Shown: in pieces, positions 25,113-37,092 of the stretch
How positions within the stretch are numbered: the stretch's first letter is position 1
How the letters are laid out: each line of letters begins with the position of its first letter
Origin: Candidatus Omnitrophota bacterium
GTDB taxonomy: Bacteria; Omnitrophota; Gorgyraeia; Gygaellales; Profunditerraquicolaceae
Reading direction: 5' to 3'
Length of the DNA stretch: 64,000 nucleotides
Assembly (NCBI GenBank): GCA_041661605.1
Contig: JBAZUE010000001.1
Span: 478,928 to 542,927 of the forward strand
Notes under the pieces: generated by a model
Databases searched by the model: none
What the model was told of the DNA's origin: nothing
Seen by the model: the letters and a program-made list of their open reading frames with translations, nothing else
Translations under genes and position numbers: made by a program

Positions 25113-26456
25113 TTAATAGAACTTAAAATGCAACTTAAACAAAATACCCAGATAACTTACGAACAGAGCAGCTATTCCGGGCGGCAAAGCTAATTTTATC
25201 CAGCGGCCCCAACCAATCTTTATGCCTTCTTTTTCCAGAGAAGAATAAGCAACTACATTAGCTGAAGCGCCAATCGGCGTGAGATTGCCCCCCAAATCAA
25301 CCCCTAAACTGGTTGCCCAGACTAAAATCCCGGCGCCTGAAACAATCTTAGCGGCAACCGCCTGTTTAATAATAAAAGTCGTAGCCATCGCCAGAGGCAC
25401 ATTATCCACCAAAGCCGAGATTATGCCTGTTCCCCAGAAAATAGAACTTACAAAACCTGGGGGAGATTTAAATAAATCTCCGAGAAAATTCGCTGCCATT
25501 TGAATAATAAATCTTTTTTCCAAAGCACCAATAAGTATAAATAACCCGATGAAAAACATGATTGTTTCCGCATCAATACGGCGCATAAAATGATGCCTAT
25601 ACACACGTTTCCCGCCAAAGGTAAGAATAATAAATGCCGGAAGCAGTGAAGATGTAGAAACATACATCGGGATACCTAATTTTTCAAAAAATGGCCTTCC
25701 GATAAGAAAAATCAATGCCGCAGCCATTCCGATCAAGCCAAGTTTAAGCAGAAACCAGTCCTTTACCTGAGAACGCGGTTCGATATTTTTTATTCCCTCT
25801 AACTCTAGATGTGGATGTAGTTTTAAAAACCCCCTCCTGTGCATTAAAAAACTAACTCCCAAAGCAGCCAAGGCAGCTGCTATTGCAATCGGCGCATTAT
25901 GTATAAGAAAATCGTTAAAATTAAACCCGAGTACCGTACCCAATATAACATTAGGCGGATCGCCTACTAGCGTGGCTGCGCCTCCGATGTTAGCTAAAAC
26001 CACTTCGCTAATAATCACCGGCACAGGATCAAATTTCAGCAATCTGCTTAACTCTAGCGTAACTACGCTTAAAAAAACCATCACGGTTATGGAATTAACA
26101 AGAGCAGATAAGCCAAAGGACAGCAAAGGAAAGAAAATAAGAATCTTTATCGGTTCATAATTTAACTTTTTGGCTAAAATTAAAGCTACCCAACGGAAGA
26201 AACCTGATTCAATCAATATTTCGATTAAAAGAAACATTCCCACCAAGAATCCGATAGTTTCCCAACTTACCGTATTTATGGCTTCTTGTATGTCAAAAAC
26301 ACCCAAAGCAATAACAAAAACTGCCCCACATATCGCCAGATACATCCGCGGGATTTTTTCCCAGACAATCAATCCGAATATAAAAATAAAAACCAGGAAA
26401 GTAAGGAAACAAATAAAATTCATGCTGTGAGCGCCAACAGCAGCCCGAACTATCAT
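25113..26456 (-). CDS. ArsB/NhaD (CitMHS-like) family anion/ion permease
   Basis: 447 aa, polytopic. SALVDNVPLAMA and GGNLTPIGASANVV motifs. Confidence 0.65.
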   Translation of the reverse strand: MIVRAAVGAHSMNFICFLTFLVFIFIFGLIVWEKIPRMYLAICGAVFVIALGVFDIQEAINTVSWETIGFLVGMFLLIEILIESGFFRWVALILAKKLNYEPIKILIFFPLLSFGLSALVNSITVMVFLSVVTLELSRLLKFDPVPVIISEVVLANIGGAATLVGDPPNVILGTVLGFNFNDFLIHNAPIAIAAALAALGVSFLMHRRGFLKLHPHLELEGIKNIEPRSQVKDWFLLKLGLIGMAAALIFLIGRPFFEKLGIPMYVSTSSLLPAFIILTFGGKRVYRHHFMRRIDAETIMFFIGLFILIGALEKRFIIQMAANFLGDLFKSPPGFVSSIFWGTGIISALVDNVPLAMATTFIIKQAVAAKIVSGAGILVWATSLGVDLGGNLTPIGASANVVAYSSLEKEGIKIGWGRWIKLALPPGIAALFVSYLGILFKLHFKFY

Positions 26457-26474
26457 TATCTTTTCTCCAAATTT

Positions 26475-29400
26475 TTAATGTTTCTGTAATTCTGGCATGA
26501 GAAGTTTATTTAGATCAACCGCCCCAAACTTCATTTCATATTTCCATTTCCATATTGAATAAATAGGAGGATATACCAATAGTTCCATAATAAAACTGGT
26601 AAATATGCCGCCAATCATAGGCGCGGCGATCCGTTTCATCATATCGGCTCCTGCGCCCATGGACCACATGATAGGAATCAAACCGATAAATGTCGTCATC
26701 ACGGTCATCATCTTAGGCCGGATGCGCTTTACGGCACCATGCATAATCGCTTCATGCAAGTCAGCGCGTGTCTTCATCGTCCCTGCCCTCACGCGCTCAT
26801 CATAAGAGAGATCAAGAAAAAGTAACATGAAAACTCCCGTTTCAGCATCCAGCCCCATCAACGCAATCATTCCCACCCAAACCGCAATCGACATATTATA
26901 ATGTAAAATATACAGGAACCATACAGCGCCGACCAAAGAAAACGGCACCGCCAGCATGACTATGGAAGCCTTAATGGGAGATTTGGTATTCATGTACAGT
27001 AAAATAAAAATCAGAAAGATAGTGATAGGAATGACTATCTTCAATCTCTCCCGGACCCGCAGCATATTCTCGTATTGGCCGCTCCAGGCAAGCGCATAGC
27101 CGGCAGGCAGTTGAATCTTCTGGCGGACGATTTTGCGAGCTTCTGTAACATAACTTCCCACGTCGCGCCCGGCAATATCGACATATACATATCCTGCGAG
27201 CATGCCGTTCTCATCCCGGATCATAGCCGGCCCCAATGACAAGTGTATATCGGCAAGCTGTTCAAGCGGTATCTGCGCTCCCGACATCGTCGGCACAAGT
27301 ACTCTCCTTAACTTATCCAAATCATCGCGAAATTCCCTGGCATAACGGACGTTAACGGTGTAGCGCTCCCGTCCTTCAATAGTTGTAGTGACCGGCTCGC
27401 CACCGATAGCCGATGTAATAATCATTTCCGCCTCTTTTATCGTGAGACCGTAGCGTGCGAGCTGTTCACGCTTTATTTCAAAATCTATAAAATATCCTCC
27501 GGTAACCCGTTCGGCAAAAACAGAACGCGTGCCTTTAATATCTTTCATGGTTGATTCAAGGTTCAGGCCAATCTTTTCAATCTCTTTAAGGTCGGCGCCG
27601 TATATCTTTATCCCCACCGGAGTACGCACACCCGTGGACAGCATATCGATCCTGGCCTTGATAGGCATGGTCCAAGCATTCGATACGCCGGGGAATTTCA
27701 TCTTCTGATCCAGATCTTCGATCAGGTCTTCGTAGGTGATACGGTCGCGCCAAACAGGCCGAAAAGGTGTTTGCATAAAAGATGGCATCCAAGAATACCA
27801 GCGGTGGACTTTCCGCCACTGACTCTCCGGCTTTAATACAACCGTGGTTTCCATCATCGAAAACGGCGCCGGGTCAGTAGAAGACTCCGCACGGCCTGCC
27901 TTGCCAAAAACCCTTTCAACCTCAGGAGTATCCTTAATAATCTTGTCCATCGACTGGAGAAGCTTCTGGGTCTCGGTAACCGAAATACCCGGCAACGTCG
28001 TGGGCATATACAATATCGTACCCTCATTAAGCGGAGGCATAAACTCGGAACCCAGTTGAAAATATACCGGAATAACGGTGAGCATTAATATTCCCGCAGT
28101 TATGATCGTGGCCTTTCGATACTTTAATACAAACTTACAGGCTGGTTCATAAATACGGAATAACATCTTGCTGATCGGATGTTTTTCTTCGGAATAATAC
28201 TTGCCTACGGCAACAGTATTGAACAAATTAGAAAGCCAGCGCGGCTTAAAATGCTTATAGTCCATCCGAGTAAACAGCATCCTGACCGCGGGATCGAAAG
28301 TTATAGCCAGAAGCGCCGCGATAGCCATTGCGAGGTTTTTACTGAAAGCCAGCGGTTTAAAAAGCCGGCCCTCTTGATCCACAAGAGTAAATACCGGCAG
28401 GAAAGCGACCGCGATCACCAGAAGAGAAAAAAATACGGAAGGCCCGACTTCTTTTAACGCAGTGAGCCTTACGTCATGGAAATCGCCCTTGCGCCCTCCG
28501 GCATCCCAAAGCTGTATTTTGTTATAGGCATTCTCAACCTCTACAATGGCACCGTCGACCAATACGCCAATCGAGATCGCTATACCCGAAAGGCTCATAA
28601 TATTCGAAGTCAGTTTCATCCCTAACATAGGAATGAATGAGAGTAATACCGCTATGGGTATAGTGACGATAGGAATGATCGCGGATGGGAAATGCCAGAG
28701 AAAAATGAGAATAACCAAGCTTACGACGGTTATTTCCTCGATCAACTGGTGTTTCAACGTTTCCATAGAACGTTTAATCAGATCCGACCTGTCATAGGTG
28801 GTGACGATCTCAACGCCTTCGGGAAGGGATGGCTTAATTTCTTCAATCTTAACTTTTACGCGGTTGATTACATTCAGGGCGTTTTCACCATAGCGCATAA
28901 TGACAATTCCACCGACAGTATCACCTTGCCCATCAAGATCTGCCACCCCGCGTCTCATATCCGGCCCCAAAACAACCTTGGCTATATTTTTTACGAGGAC
29001 TGGCGTGCCATTTGCATCAGAGCCTACGGCAATATTCTCAATATCTTGAGTGGATTTCGCATACCCCCTGCCCCGGATCATATACTCGGCTCCGGAAAAT
29101 TCTACAAGCCGGCCTCCCACATCATTATTGCTGTCACGAATAGCATCGACAACCTTAGTAAGCGGTATTTTGTAGGAAAGAAGCGCATTAGGATCAATAT
29201 TGACTTGATATTGTTTCTGGAACCCTCCCACAGAGGCAACTTCAGCTACTCCGGGAACACTCTGAATCCAATAGCGCAGGTACCAATCCTGGAATGAACG
29301 AAGTTTTGCTAAATCGTTTTTGCCTGTCTTATCAACAAGGGCATATTGATACACCCAGCCAACGGAACTGGCGTCTGGCCCCATCTCGGTTTGAACACCT

Positions 29401-29765
29401 TCAGGAAGCCTGGGGATGATTTTACTAAGATATTCAAGCGTGCGGCTACGCGCCCAATAAATATCCGTCCCGTCTTTAAAAATAACATAAACGTAGGAAA
29501 ACCCGAAATCAGAGAATCCCCTGATCGCCTTGACGTTTGGCGCTCCCAGCATTGCGCTGACGATAGGATACGTCACCTGGTCTTCTATAATATCGGGAGA
29601 CCTATCCCAACGGGAATAAATGATGACCTGCGTGTCGGAAAGGTCCGGGATAGCATCCAAAGGTATATTTTTTATACTATATACCGCGCCAACCATCGCC
29701 GCTATGACGATGATAATAACGATGTATTTATTTTTTGCTGAAAATTCAATAATCTTTTCAATCAT
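26475..29765 (-). CDS. CusA/CzcA-family heavy-metal efflux RND permease
   Basis: 1096 aa with 12-TM RND architecture. Motifs DAIPDLSDTQVIIY, VDGAIVEVENAY. Sits in an operon with an adaptor and a TolC-like gene. Confidence 0.85.
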   Translation of the reverse strand: MIEKIIEFSAKNKYIVIIIVIAAMVGAVYSIKNIPLDAIPDLSDTQVIIYSRWDRSPDIIEDQVTYPIVSAMLGAPNVKAIRGFSDFGFSYVYVIFKDGTDIYWARSRTLEYLSKIIPRLPEGVQTEMGPDASSVGWVYQYALVDKTGKNDLAKLRSFQDWYLRYWIQSVPGVAEVASVGGFQKQYQVNIDPNALLSYKIPLTKVVDAIRDSNNDVGGRLVEFSGAEYMIRGRGYAKSTQDIENIAVGSDANGTPVLVKNIAKVVLGPDMRRGVADLDGQGDTVGGIVIMRYGENALNVINRVKVKIEEIKPSLPEGVEIVTTYDRSDLIKRSMETLKHQLIEEITVVSLVILIFLWHFPSAIIPIVTIPIAVLLSFIPMLGMKLTSNIMSLSGIAISIGVLVDGAIVEVENAYNKIQLWDAGGRKGDFHDVRLTALKEVGPSVFFSLLVIAVAFLPVFTLVDQEGRLFKPLAFSKNLAMAIAALLAITFDPAVRMLFTRMDYKHFKPRWLSNLFNTVAVGKYYSEEKHPISKMLFRIYEPACKFVLKYRKATIITAGILMLTVIPVYFQLGSEFMPPLNEGTILYMPTTLPGISVTETQKLLQSMDKIIKDTPEVERVFGKAGRAESSTDPAPFSMMETTVVLKPESQWRKVHRWYSWMPSFMQTPFRPVWRDRITYEDLIEDLDQKMKFPGVSNAWTMPIKARIDMLSTGVRTPVGIKIYGADLKEIEKIGLNLESTMKDIKGTRSVFAERVTGGYFIDFEIKREQLARYGLTIKEAEMIITSAIGGEPVTTTIEGRERYTVNVRYAREFRDDLDKLRRVLVPTMSGAQIPLEQLADIHLSLGPAMIRDENGMLAGYVYVDIAGRDVGSYVTEARKIVRQKIQLPAGYALAWSGQYENMLRVRERLKIVIPITIFLIFILLYMNTKSPIKASIVMLAVPFSLVGAVWFLYILHYNMSIAVWVGMIALMGLDAETGVFMLLFLDLSYDERVRAGTMKTRADLHEAIMHGAVKRIRPKMMTVMTTFIGLIPIMWSMGAGADMMKRIAAPMIGGIFTSFIMELLVYPPIYSIWKWKYEMKFGAVDLNKLLMPELQKH

Positions 29766-29766
29766 A

Positions 29767-31032
29767 TTATTTCTCTATAGAAGGAGATTTTAACTTTGAC
29801 TCGGAATCAACAAGAAAGTTTCCACTGGTAACAACAACATCACCTTCTTTAAGACCGCTTAAGACCTCATAATAATTGCCTGCTTTCTGCCCAAGCATTA
29901 CTTCCCTAGATTCAAGCACGCTATTTTCTTCCGAAAGGTACACAATCTTTCTTAAACCGGTATCTAAAACAGCTGTCTCAGGAACTGCTAATTTGGACCC
30001 TAAGCCTTCTTTTATCAGGGCATTCACAAACATCTCCGGCTTTAGCTTATTATCCGGATTCGGAACTTCAACACGCACCTGATTTGTTCTTGTGTTCGGG
30101 TCTAATACAGGACTAATAGACACGACCTTGCCTGTAAATTTCTCCCCAGGATAGGCAACTGCTTCAATATCCACAGAGTCACCGACTTTAATAAATCCTA
30201 TTTCATATTCGTATACGTTAATATAAGCCCAAACGTTTTCTCCCTTGCCAGGCAGGTAGAGGTTAGTTTCTGCCTTGCGCGAATTTTCAAGAGCCGCAAT
30301 CTGATCATCATTCATCCCTAAAAGTTTTAATTTATTACGGCTGGCTTGCGTAAGGCTTTTGGCCCTGTCAATAACATCTTGCAAAGGAGAATCTTTGACA
30401 TTATTCTGGACGTTTAACGCCTGAATAAACTCCTCTTGTGTTATGGCCAACTCCGGGTCATAGGCGATTTTGCCGGACACCCGCACTACTTTAGTTAAAT
30501 CCATTACCTTAACTGGATCTGTTGTAACGCCGATCATCTGCTGCCTCTCGGGGGTTATGATGACGGTAGGCCCTCCATAGGTCGCTGTTGGAGCTTCCTC
30601 TGCGTACACAGGGACATAATCCATTCCCATTGAATCTTTCATAGGCACTGGTGACGTAGCCAGGGGGTTCATCGGGTTTCTATAGTAAAGGAGCTTCCGC
30701 TCATTCTTGATACTTGCTGAAACAGGCCCCTTAGGCAGTCTCTCATTAGGAATTTCCACGACTTTCCCGTTTGTCGTGGCGATGACTTCTCCGCAGACTG
30801 GACAGACAAGCCGCTCACCGGGCTTTAAATGTGCCTTAATAGTCATCGGACAATTCTTTACAGTACATTTATATGTAACACAAACCTCTTCCAAAGCCTT
30901 CTCCTTAGATAACGCTGGTGTATTTGTTTCTGCGCCACGGTCTCCTGATCTTCCGCAACCCGCAAACACAAAAACCACCCCCACCAACATGACTGCCGCG
31001 ATAAAAAATAAACCTTTTTTATATGTCTTCAT
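29767..31032 (-). CDS. efflux RND periplasmic adaptor (CusB-like) with N-terminal Cys-rich metal-binding ribbon
   Basis: Lipoprotein-like signal (VFAGC). CxxC..CPxC cluster CTVKNCPMTIKAHLKPGERLVCPVCGE, then barrel-sandwich/beta-barrel adaptor domains. Confidence 0.8.
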   Translation of the reverse strand: MKTYKKGLFFIAAVMLVGVVFVFAGCGRSGDRGAETNTPALSKEKALEEVCVTYKCTVKNCPMTIKAHLKPGERLVCPVCGEVIATTNGKVVEIPNERLPKGPVSASIKNERKLLYYRNPMNPLATSPVPMKDSMGMDYVPVYAEEAPTATYGGPTVIITPERQQMIGVTTDPVKVMDLTKVVRVSGKIAYDPELAITQEEFIQALNVQNNVKDSPLQDVIDRAKSLTQASRNKLKLLGMNDDQIAALENSRKAETNLYLPGKGENVWAYINVYEYEIGFIKVGDSVDIEAVAYPGEKFTGKVVSISPVLDPNTRTNQVRVEVPNPDNKLKPEMFVNALIKEGLGSKLAVPETAVLDTGLRKIVYLSEENSVLESREVMLGQKAGNYYEVLSGLKEGDVVVTSGNFLVDSESKLKSPSIEK

Positions 31033-31053
31033 AATAATCTTTCTCTCCTTGCA

Positions 31054-32325
31054 TTAAAAATCCACATCAGTTCCGATAACTCTCTCAAGATCAGCTAAGG
31101 CAATTCTCAAATCCAATATTGCTTTGTAATGCTCCAATTTAAAGCTTATCAGCATCCGTTGGCTGTCAAGAACGGTCAGGAAATCCGATTTCTCGGTTTC
31201 ATACCCTTTTATGGCAACGGTTACCGCTTCAAATGCCTGAGGGATAAAAGCTGTTTCATATAACTCAATAAGTTTCTTATTTGCCACAGCTCTTGCATAA
31301 GCATCATTGACTTCAAATAAAACAGAATTTTCCTTGCCCTTGTATTCGGCTTGTACCATAGCAAGATCACTTTTCATCTCTTTGACACCGAAAGATTGTT
31401 TTTCAAAAAACCATAATGGAATGGTGACCCCTATCATTCCCGCCCAGGAGCCGCTTTCGGGACGGCCATTAGCAATCATCTGTTTAAATCTAATACTAAA
31501 ATCAGGCAAGAATTCGTTAAGCGCAAGATCATACGCCGCTTTACCGCGATCAATCGCATACCGATACGCCTTAAGCTCCTGATTATTATCACGGGTCAGG
31601 CGGTAAAAATCATCTAACGTGTGGTTAAATTTAATTACCGGTTCAGGAGGAGGAACCCCGAGATCATCCTTAGGGTCTCTATCAAGTAATACATTTAATT
31701 TCGCCTGCGCGGTGAGCCGCTTCTGCTCAAGCATAATCAACTCGTTATCGACTCTTGCAAGCTCAACCTGAGCCTTAATGGCATCTGCCTGTGTTCCCTG
31801 GCCGGCTCCATATCGGGTCGTTGCAGTTTTCGAAAGCTGATCCAAGAAATCCTTGTTTTCATTATTGATTTCAATTGCTTTATAAATAAGCGCAAGTTCA
31901 GAATAAGCACTCTTCAGGCGGGCAATAACATCCCGCTCCTTTGCCTTGTAGTTTTCATACGCCATTTTGGCAAGTTTTGATGAGATCTTTGCGCGTAAAT
32001 ATAACTTGGTGGGAAATGGGATATCCTGAGAAATAGAATATGTATTCATTGGTTTTCCGGTCAACATTCTATCGGCAGTTATCCGGTCGTATTCAAATTC
32101 AATCGTAGGATCGTTTAAACTTCTGGCTTGGGGAATCCGCGCGCTGGCGGACTCAAAAGCATTTTTGGTAGAGAGGATTTCGGGATTTAAAATAAGAGCT
32201 TCTTTTATCAGGGAGTCAAGAGTGTAGGGCCGGGTGTTTTCGGCTTGGACCGCAGAAGAAACAAGGAAAATGAATAAAAATAACGGGAGAACTTTGCAGC
32301 CTGCGTTTAATTTCAATATGGTCAT
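31054..32325 (-). CDS. TolC-family outer-membrane efflux protein (CusC/CzcC-like)
   Basis: 423 aa with a signal peptide and two coiled-coil repeats typical of the OEP family. Confidence 0.8.
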   Translation of the reverse strand: MTILKLNAGCKVLPLFLFIFLVSSAVQAENTRPYTLDSLIKEALILNPEILSTKNAFESASARIPQARSLNDPTIEFEYDRITADRMLTGKPMNTYSISQDIPFPTKLYLRAKISSKLAKMAYENYKAKERDVIARLKSAYSELALIYKAIEINNENKDFLDQLSKTATTRYGAGQGTQADAIKAQVELARVDNELIMLEQKRLTAQAKLNVLLDRDPKDDLGVPPPEPVIKFNHTLDDFYRLTRDNNQELKAYRYAIDRGKAAYDLALNEFLPDFSIRFKQMIANGRPESGSWAGMIGVTIPLWFFEKQSFGVKEMKSDLAMVQAEYKGKENSVLFEVNDAYARAVANKKLIELYETAFIPQAFEAVTVAIKGYETEKSDFLTVLDSQRMLISFKLEHYKAILDLRIALADLERVIGTDVDF

Positions 32326-32398
32326 AATTATATTAATTTTACCATACCGTTTATTTAATTAACAGCAGTTTAATTATAATTTTGGCCAATTAAATTAA

Positions 32399-32578
32399 TT
32401 AGCCAAAAAACTTATCGCCTTTAGCCCAATTCTCCCCGCTTACCTCATCGATAACCAGATAAAGGCTGTCTTTGGGTTTTCCCGCTACTTTCAAAAGTGT
32501 TTCAGAGAATTCTTTGGCAATCTTTTCTTTTTGATCTTTACTCAGCTTTCCCACTAATTTCAAATTAATATATGGCAT
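32399..32578 (-). CDS. 4-oxalocrotonate tautomerase family protein (59 aa)
   Basis: Missed by the track (under 60 aa). SD GGAGGGGG, then ATG 32578. Translation is MPYINLKLVGKLSKDQKEKIAKEFSETLLKVAGKPKDSLYLVIDEVSGENWAKGDKFFG, with catalytic Pro-1 and the beta-alpha-beta pattern. Confidence 0.75.
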   Translation of the reverse strand: MPYINLKLVGKLSKDQKEKIAKEFSETLLKVAGKPKDSLYLVIDEVSGENWAKGDKFFG

Positions 32579-32610
32579 ACCCCCTCCAATAGTTAGAACC
32601 TTGGCCGCTG

Positions 32611-33210
32611 CTATTTCGCAATTAAGAATATCCCGGTTTGGGCGAACAAATTAGGCAAGAAATGGACTCTCCTTAGCTGTCCGGTACAGACACTGCGCTC
32701 GATATTGATGCCTTTAATACGGCAGTAATTCTTAAAATCAGATATGCTCAGGAAATGCAGGTTAGGCGTCTCATACCACTGATAAGGAAGCGCTCCGGTT
32801 ACCGGGGTCCTCCCCAGAAAGAGCATCTGCAGCCTTGATCTGTAATGCGCGAAGTTGGGAAAACCGACAATTACCTTTTTCCCCACCCGCAAAGCATCGA
32901 TAAGGACTTTATCCACATGAAGGATCTGCTGTAGGCTTTGGTTAAGCACCACATAATCAAAAGACTTGTCTTTGAATTCAGCCAGCCCGCTGTCAACGTC
33001 TCCGTGAAAAACATTTAAGCCCTTGGCTACACACTTATAAATCGCCTGCTCGTCAATCTCGATACCCTGGACACGCGCATTCTTCTCCTTAATTAACAAA
33101 TACAAAAGGTCTCCGTTACCGCAGCCTAAATCTAAAACAGTAGATTGCGGTTTAATCAAGTCCAGGATCACCTCATGGTCCAGCTGGATATCTTTACGCG
33201 CCATAATCAC
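32611..33210 (-). CDS. metW: methionine biosynthesis protein MetW
   Basis: [15 protein letters not shown]-MTase-like fold. Overlaps metX, which is the classic metXW pair. Confidence 0.85.
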   Translation of the reverse strand: MIMARKDIQLDHEVILDLIKPQSTVLDLGCGNGDLLYLLIKEKNARVQGIEIDEQAIYKCVAKGLNVFHGDVDSGLAEFKDKSFDYVVLNQSLQQILHVDKVLIDALRVGKKVIVGFPNFAHYRSRLQMLFLGRTPVTGALPYQWYETPNLHFLSISDFKNYCRIKGINIERSVCTGQLRRVHFLPNLFAQTGIFLIAK

Positions 33211-34354
33211 CGGTCACCTCATAAGCATAAAGCATTTTTTTAAGAAAATGTTTGATCAAATGTGTTTCCTCTTCAACCTCTAAAAGAAAAGCGTCGTGCC
33301 CATAGGTTGAGGCAATTTCACAGTAGGTTGTTTCCACCCCCGCAAGCTTACAGGCCCTGACTATCTCTTTTGACTGATAAGCCGGGTACAGCCAGTCAGA
33401 TTTAAAAGAAATAACCAAAACCTTTACTTTAGTGCCTTCCAAAACCTCCTCAAAACGCTGTCCTCCTGAAGCATCGAAATTATCCATTGCTTTGGTAATA
33501 TAAAGATAAGAGTTGGCGTCAAAACGCTTTACAAAATTATCCCCGCGGTAACGCAAGTATCCCTCCACTTCAAAGTCAGCGGTAAATTTAAAATGCTCCC
33601 CAGCGTCTTTCTTGGCCCGGCCAAATTTTTCGGCCATGGATTTATCGCTCATATACGTAATATGGCCTATCATCCTGGCTACCGCCAAACCTTTAGACGG
33701 AGCCTGGCCTTCATAATAGTTGCCGCTTTTCCAATGCGCATCAGCCATAATCGCCTGCCTGCCTACTTCATTAAAAGCAATCTGCTGGGGCGAATGTTTA
33801 ATTGTCGTGGCAATAGGAACTACGCTGCGTAAATTCTGAGGATAATTAACCAGCCAGGATAAAGCCTGCTGGCCTCCCATTGAACCGCCAACCACTGAAA
33901 GCAATTTCTCTATCCCCAGGTAATCAACCAGACGCTTCTGGGCATTAACTATATCATTGATGGTGATCAGAGGAAAATCCAAAGCATAAGGCTTGGCTGT
34001 CTTTGGATTTATGCTTGATGGACCGGTTGAACCCTTGCAGCCTCCCAGTATATTCGAGCAAATCACAAAATATTTATCCGTATCAAATGCTTTTCCCGGG
34101 CCGATAAAATCATCCCACCATCCGGGGTTATCCTGGCCTTCGTGAACCCCGGCAGCATGGGCATCCCCTGAAAGAGCATGCGTAATAAGAACGGCGTTAG
34201 ACTTGTCTTTATTTAAAGAGCCATAGGTCTCATAAGCCAGGCTGACCGGGCCAAACTTCTCCCCGCTTTCAAGTTTAAGCGGATCAAAAGTAAAGGTTTG
34301 AGTCTTCACAGTGCCTACACTGTTATTTTGGATTATTTTATTTTCTTTATTCAT
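33194..34354 (-). CDS. metX: homoserine O-acetyltransferase
   Basis: [14 protein letters not shown] and [10 protein letters not shown] (nucleophile elbow), 386 aa. Confidence 0.9.
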   Translation of the reverse strand: MNKENKIIQNNSVGTVKTQTFTFDPLKLESGEKFGPVSLAYETYGSLNKDKSNAVLITHALSGDAHAAGVHEGQDNPGWWDDFIGPGKAFDTDKYFVICSNILGGCKGSTGPSSINPKTAKPYALDFPLITINDIVNAQKRLVDYLGIEKLLSVVGGSMGGQQALSWLVNYPQNLRSVVPIATTIKHSPQQIAFNEVGRQAIMADAHWKSGNYYEGQAPSKGLAVARMIGHITYMSDKSMAEKFGRAKKDAGEHFKFTADFEVEGYLRYRGDNFVKRFDANSYLYITKAMDNFDASGGQRFEEVLEGTKVKVLVISFKSDWLYPAYQSKEIVRACKLAGVETTYCEIASTYGHDAFLLEVEEETHLIKHFLKKMLYAYEVTGDYGA

Positions 34355-35289
34355 ACCTTCCCCTCTTGAAAAAGCCAGGTAGTCAGATACCTCTCCCCTG
34401 TGTCAGGAAGAATAACCACAATAGTTTTTCCTTTATTCTCTTTACGTTTTGCTACTTCTAAAGCTGCCCATAACGCCGCCCCGCTTGAGATACCAGCCAA
34501 AATCCCATCAGATTTGGCCAATGCCCGGGCAGTGGTTCCGGCATCATCATTAGTTACCCGTATAACTTCATCAATTATATCACGGTTTAAAACCTGCGGG
34601 ATAAACCCTGCTCCTATTCCCTGAATCTTATGCGGTCCGGCAGCGCCTCCGGATAGAACCGGAGAAGCGTCAGGTTCAACTGCGATTGCCTTAAACCCAG
34701 GTTTACGCTTCTTAATGACTTCGGCAATGCCTGTTATAGTGCCTCCTGTACCAACTCCAGAAACCAAGATATCAACCTCACCATCAGTATCATTCCAGAT
34801 CTCTTCGGCAGTCGTCTTGCGATGGATCTCCGGATTAACGGGATTATTAAATTGCTGCGGCATGAAACTACTATTTGGAGTAGCTTTTACTATCTCTTCA
34901 GCCTTCTCCACCGCTCCCTCCATTCCTTTCGCTCCTTCAGTTAATACCAATTCAGCACCCAAAATTTTGAGCAGCTGCCTGCGCTCAACACTCATGGTCT
35001 CAGGCATAGTTAAAACCAACCTATAACCTTTTGACGCGGCCACAAATGCCAAAGCGATTCCGGTATTGCCACTGGTAGGTTCAATAATAATTGTATTCTT
35101 CTTGAGAAGACCTCTGCGTTCTGCATCTTCAATTAAAGCAACTCCCAGCCTATCCTTAATACTTGAAAGCGGATTAAAGGACTCAAGTTTTGCCAATATC
35201 GTTGCTTGAACCCCTTCAGCAATACGATTCAATTTCACTAATGGAGTATTACCAACAGTTTCCGTAATGTCTGAAAATATTCTTCCCAT
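34351..35289 (-). CDS. cysK: cysteine synthase A (O-acetylserine sulfhydrylase)
   Basis: NPLSSIKDR (PLP lysine), [20 protein letters not shown]. Confidence 0.9.
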   Translation of the reverse strand: MGRIFSDITETVGNTPLVKLNRIAEGVQATILAKLESFNPLSSIKDRLGVALIEDAERRGLLKKNTIIIEPTSGNTGIALAFVAASKGYRLVLTMPETMSVERRQLLKILGAELVLTEGAKGMEGAVEKAEEIVKATPNSSFMPQQFNNPVNPEIHRKTTAEEIWNDTDGEVDILVSGVGTGGTITGIAEVIKKRKPGFKAIAVEPDASPVLSGGAAGPHKIQGIGAGFIPQVLNRDIIDEVIRVTNDDAGTTARALAKSDGILAGISSGAALWAALEVAKRKENKGKTIVVILPDTGERYLTTWLFQEGKV

Positions 35290-35309
35290 CGTTTCCTCCT
35301 TTTACTGCC

Positions 35310-36605
35310 CTATACTGTTTTTACCAAAGCCCTATCAATATCAGAGATTATATCATCAACATGTTCAATGCCTATGGACAAACGGATAAAATCAGGGGTG
35401 ACACCTGTAGATAACTGCTCCTGGCTGGATAGCTGCTGATGAGTAGTAGTCGCCGGATGGATTGCCAGGCTCTTAGCATCACCGACATTAGCAAGATGCG
35501 AAATCAGCTCAAGAGAATCGATAAATTTCTTGCCCGCCTCAAGCCCTCCTTTAATTCCAAAACCGATGATCGCCCCTGCCCCTTTAGAAAGATATTTCTT
35601 CACTCTTTCCTTTTCCGGACTATCATCTAAACCCGGATAATTCACCCAGTTCACCTTTGGATGCTTTTTCAAGAATTTAGCAACAGCCAACGCATTTTCA
35701 GAATGCCGGGGCAGCCTTAAATGCAAAGTTTCTAAACCCTGCAAGAACAAAAATGAATTAAACGGAGACAATGCCGGCCCTAAATCCCGCAATAAAGTTA
35801 ACCGCGCCTTGATAATATAAGCGATATTACCCAGCGGCTTAAGCGCTTCGACAAAATTGATCCCATGGTAGCTTGGATCCGGAGCGGCAATCAAAGGGAA
35901 CTTTCCGCCGGTCCAATCAAATTTGCCGGAATCAACAATTATGCCGCCTAAACTTGTACCATGGCCGCCGATGAACTTAGTCGCTGAATAGACTACGATA
36001 TCTACGCCAAAATCAATCGGCCGCAATAAATACGGCGAAACAGTATTATCCAATACAAAAGGCAGGCCATTTTTATGCGCAATTTTAGAGATTCCCTCTA
36101 AGTCGGCCACATTTAACTTAGGATTACCGATAGATTCGGCATAAACTGCCTTAGTTTTAGGAGTTATGGCTTTTTCCAAGGCATTCAGATCATTTGAAGG
36201 CACAAAGTTAACCTTTATTCCCATCCGGGAGAAAGTATAATGAAAAAGGTTATAGGTACCGCCATAAAGATTATCCGCGGAAACAATTTCGTCTCCGGCT
36301 TGAGCGATATTAAGCAAAGCCAGAGTTATTGCCGATGAGCCACTTGCTACAGCTAATGAGCCCACTCCCCCGTCTAATAAGGCTAATCTTTTTTCAAACA
36401 CATCAGTGGTAGGATTCATCAGGCGCGTATAGATATTGCCAAACTCCTTTAAACCAAAAAGATTAGCAGCATGCTCCGTGCTTTTAAACTGGTATGATGT
36501 TGTCTGGTAAATCGGAACCGCCCGGGAACCTGTTGCAGGATCAGGCTCCTGCCCACCGTGCAAAGCCAGCGTCTCTATTCTTAATTTGCTGTCTATCTTA
36601 CTCAT
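35310..36605 (-). CDS. metY: O-acetylhomoserine aminocarboxypropyltransferase (sulfhydrylase)
   Basis: ATG 36605 with SD AGGGGGGG (the track ORF starts at 36638). [11 protein letters not shown] contains the PLP lysine. About 430 aa. Confidence 0.85.
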   Translation of the reverse strand: MSKIDSKLRIETLALHGGQEPDPATGSRAVPIYQTTSYQFKSTEHAANLFGLKEFGNIYTRLMNPTTDVFEKRLALLDGGVGSLAVASGSSAITLALLNIAQAGDEIVSADNLYGGTYNLFHYTFSRMGIKVNFVPSNDLNALEKAITPKTKAVYAESIGNPKLNVADLEGISKIAHKNGLPFVLDNTVSPYLLRPIDFGVDIVVYSATKFIGGHGTSLGGIIVDSGKFDWTGGKFPLIAAPDPSYHGINFVEALKPLGNIAYIIKARLTLLRDLGPALSPFNSFLFLQGLETLHLRLPRHSENALAVAKFLKKHPKVNWVNYPGLDDSPEKERVKKYLSKGAGAIIGFGIKGGLEAGKKFIDSLELISHLANVGDAKSLAIHPATTTHQQLSSQEQLSTGVTPDFIRLSIGIEHVDDIISDIDRALVKTV

Positions 36606-36621
36606 TTTGCCCCCCCTATTT

Positions 36622-37062
36622 CTAAATTGAATAAGCAAAAACTTCTTTCTTAGCGTTAACCTGATTGGCTAAATCGCCGAAGGTAACATTATCAATTATG
36701 CCGGAAGTAGCATTGGCTACTTTTTGCCAAATATCTTTAAAAAGGCAACAACTCAAATCACTGCATTTGGTATAGCCCTTTTCTACACATGAGATTGGCT
36801 CAATAGGGCCCTCAATATAACGCACTACCTGGCCTAAAGTAATCTTAGCCGGGTCCTTGGCTAAATGGTAACCGCCGACATTGCCGCGTTTGCTCTCTAC
36901 AAAACCACCCTTTTTCAAATCCAGAAGAACCTGTTCCAGGAATTTAACCGGCGCATCAATACGTTTAGCAATATCATTAATCGTAGATACCCCCAAATCA
37001 TGATGAACAGCTAAATCTAACAGCGCTTTTAACGCGTAATCACCTTTGTAAGTTATTCTCAT
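36622..37062 (-). CDS. Rrf2-family transcriptional regulator (CymR/IscR-like)
   Basis: [18 protein letters not shown]..., wHTH, and 3 Cys ([15 protein letters not shown]) for a possible cluster. First gene of the met/cys operon. Confidence 0.85.
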   Translation of the reverse strand: MRITYKGDYALKALLDLAVHHDLGVSTINDIAKRIDAPVKFLEQVLLDLKKGGFVESKRGNVGGYHLAKDPAKITLGQVVRYIEGPIEPISCVEKGYTKCSDLSCCLFKDIWQKVANATSGIIDNVTFGDLANQVNAKKEVFAYSI

Positions 37063-37092
37063 TTTAGCTCCTTACCTGCCAAAGGCAGGCTT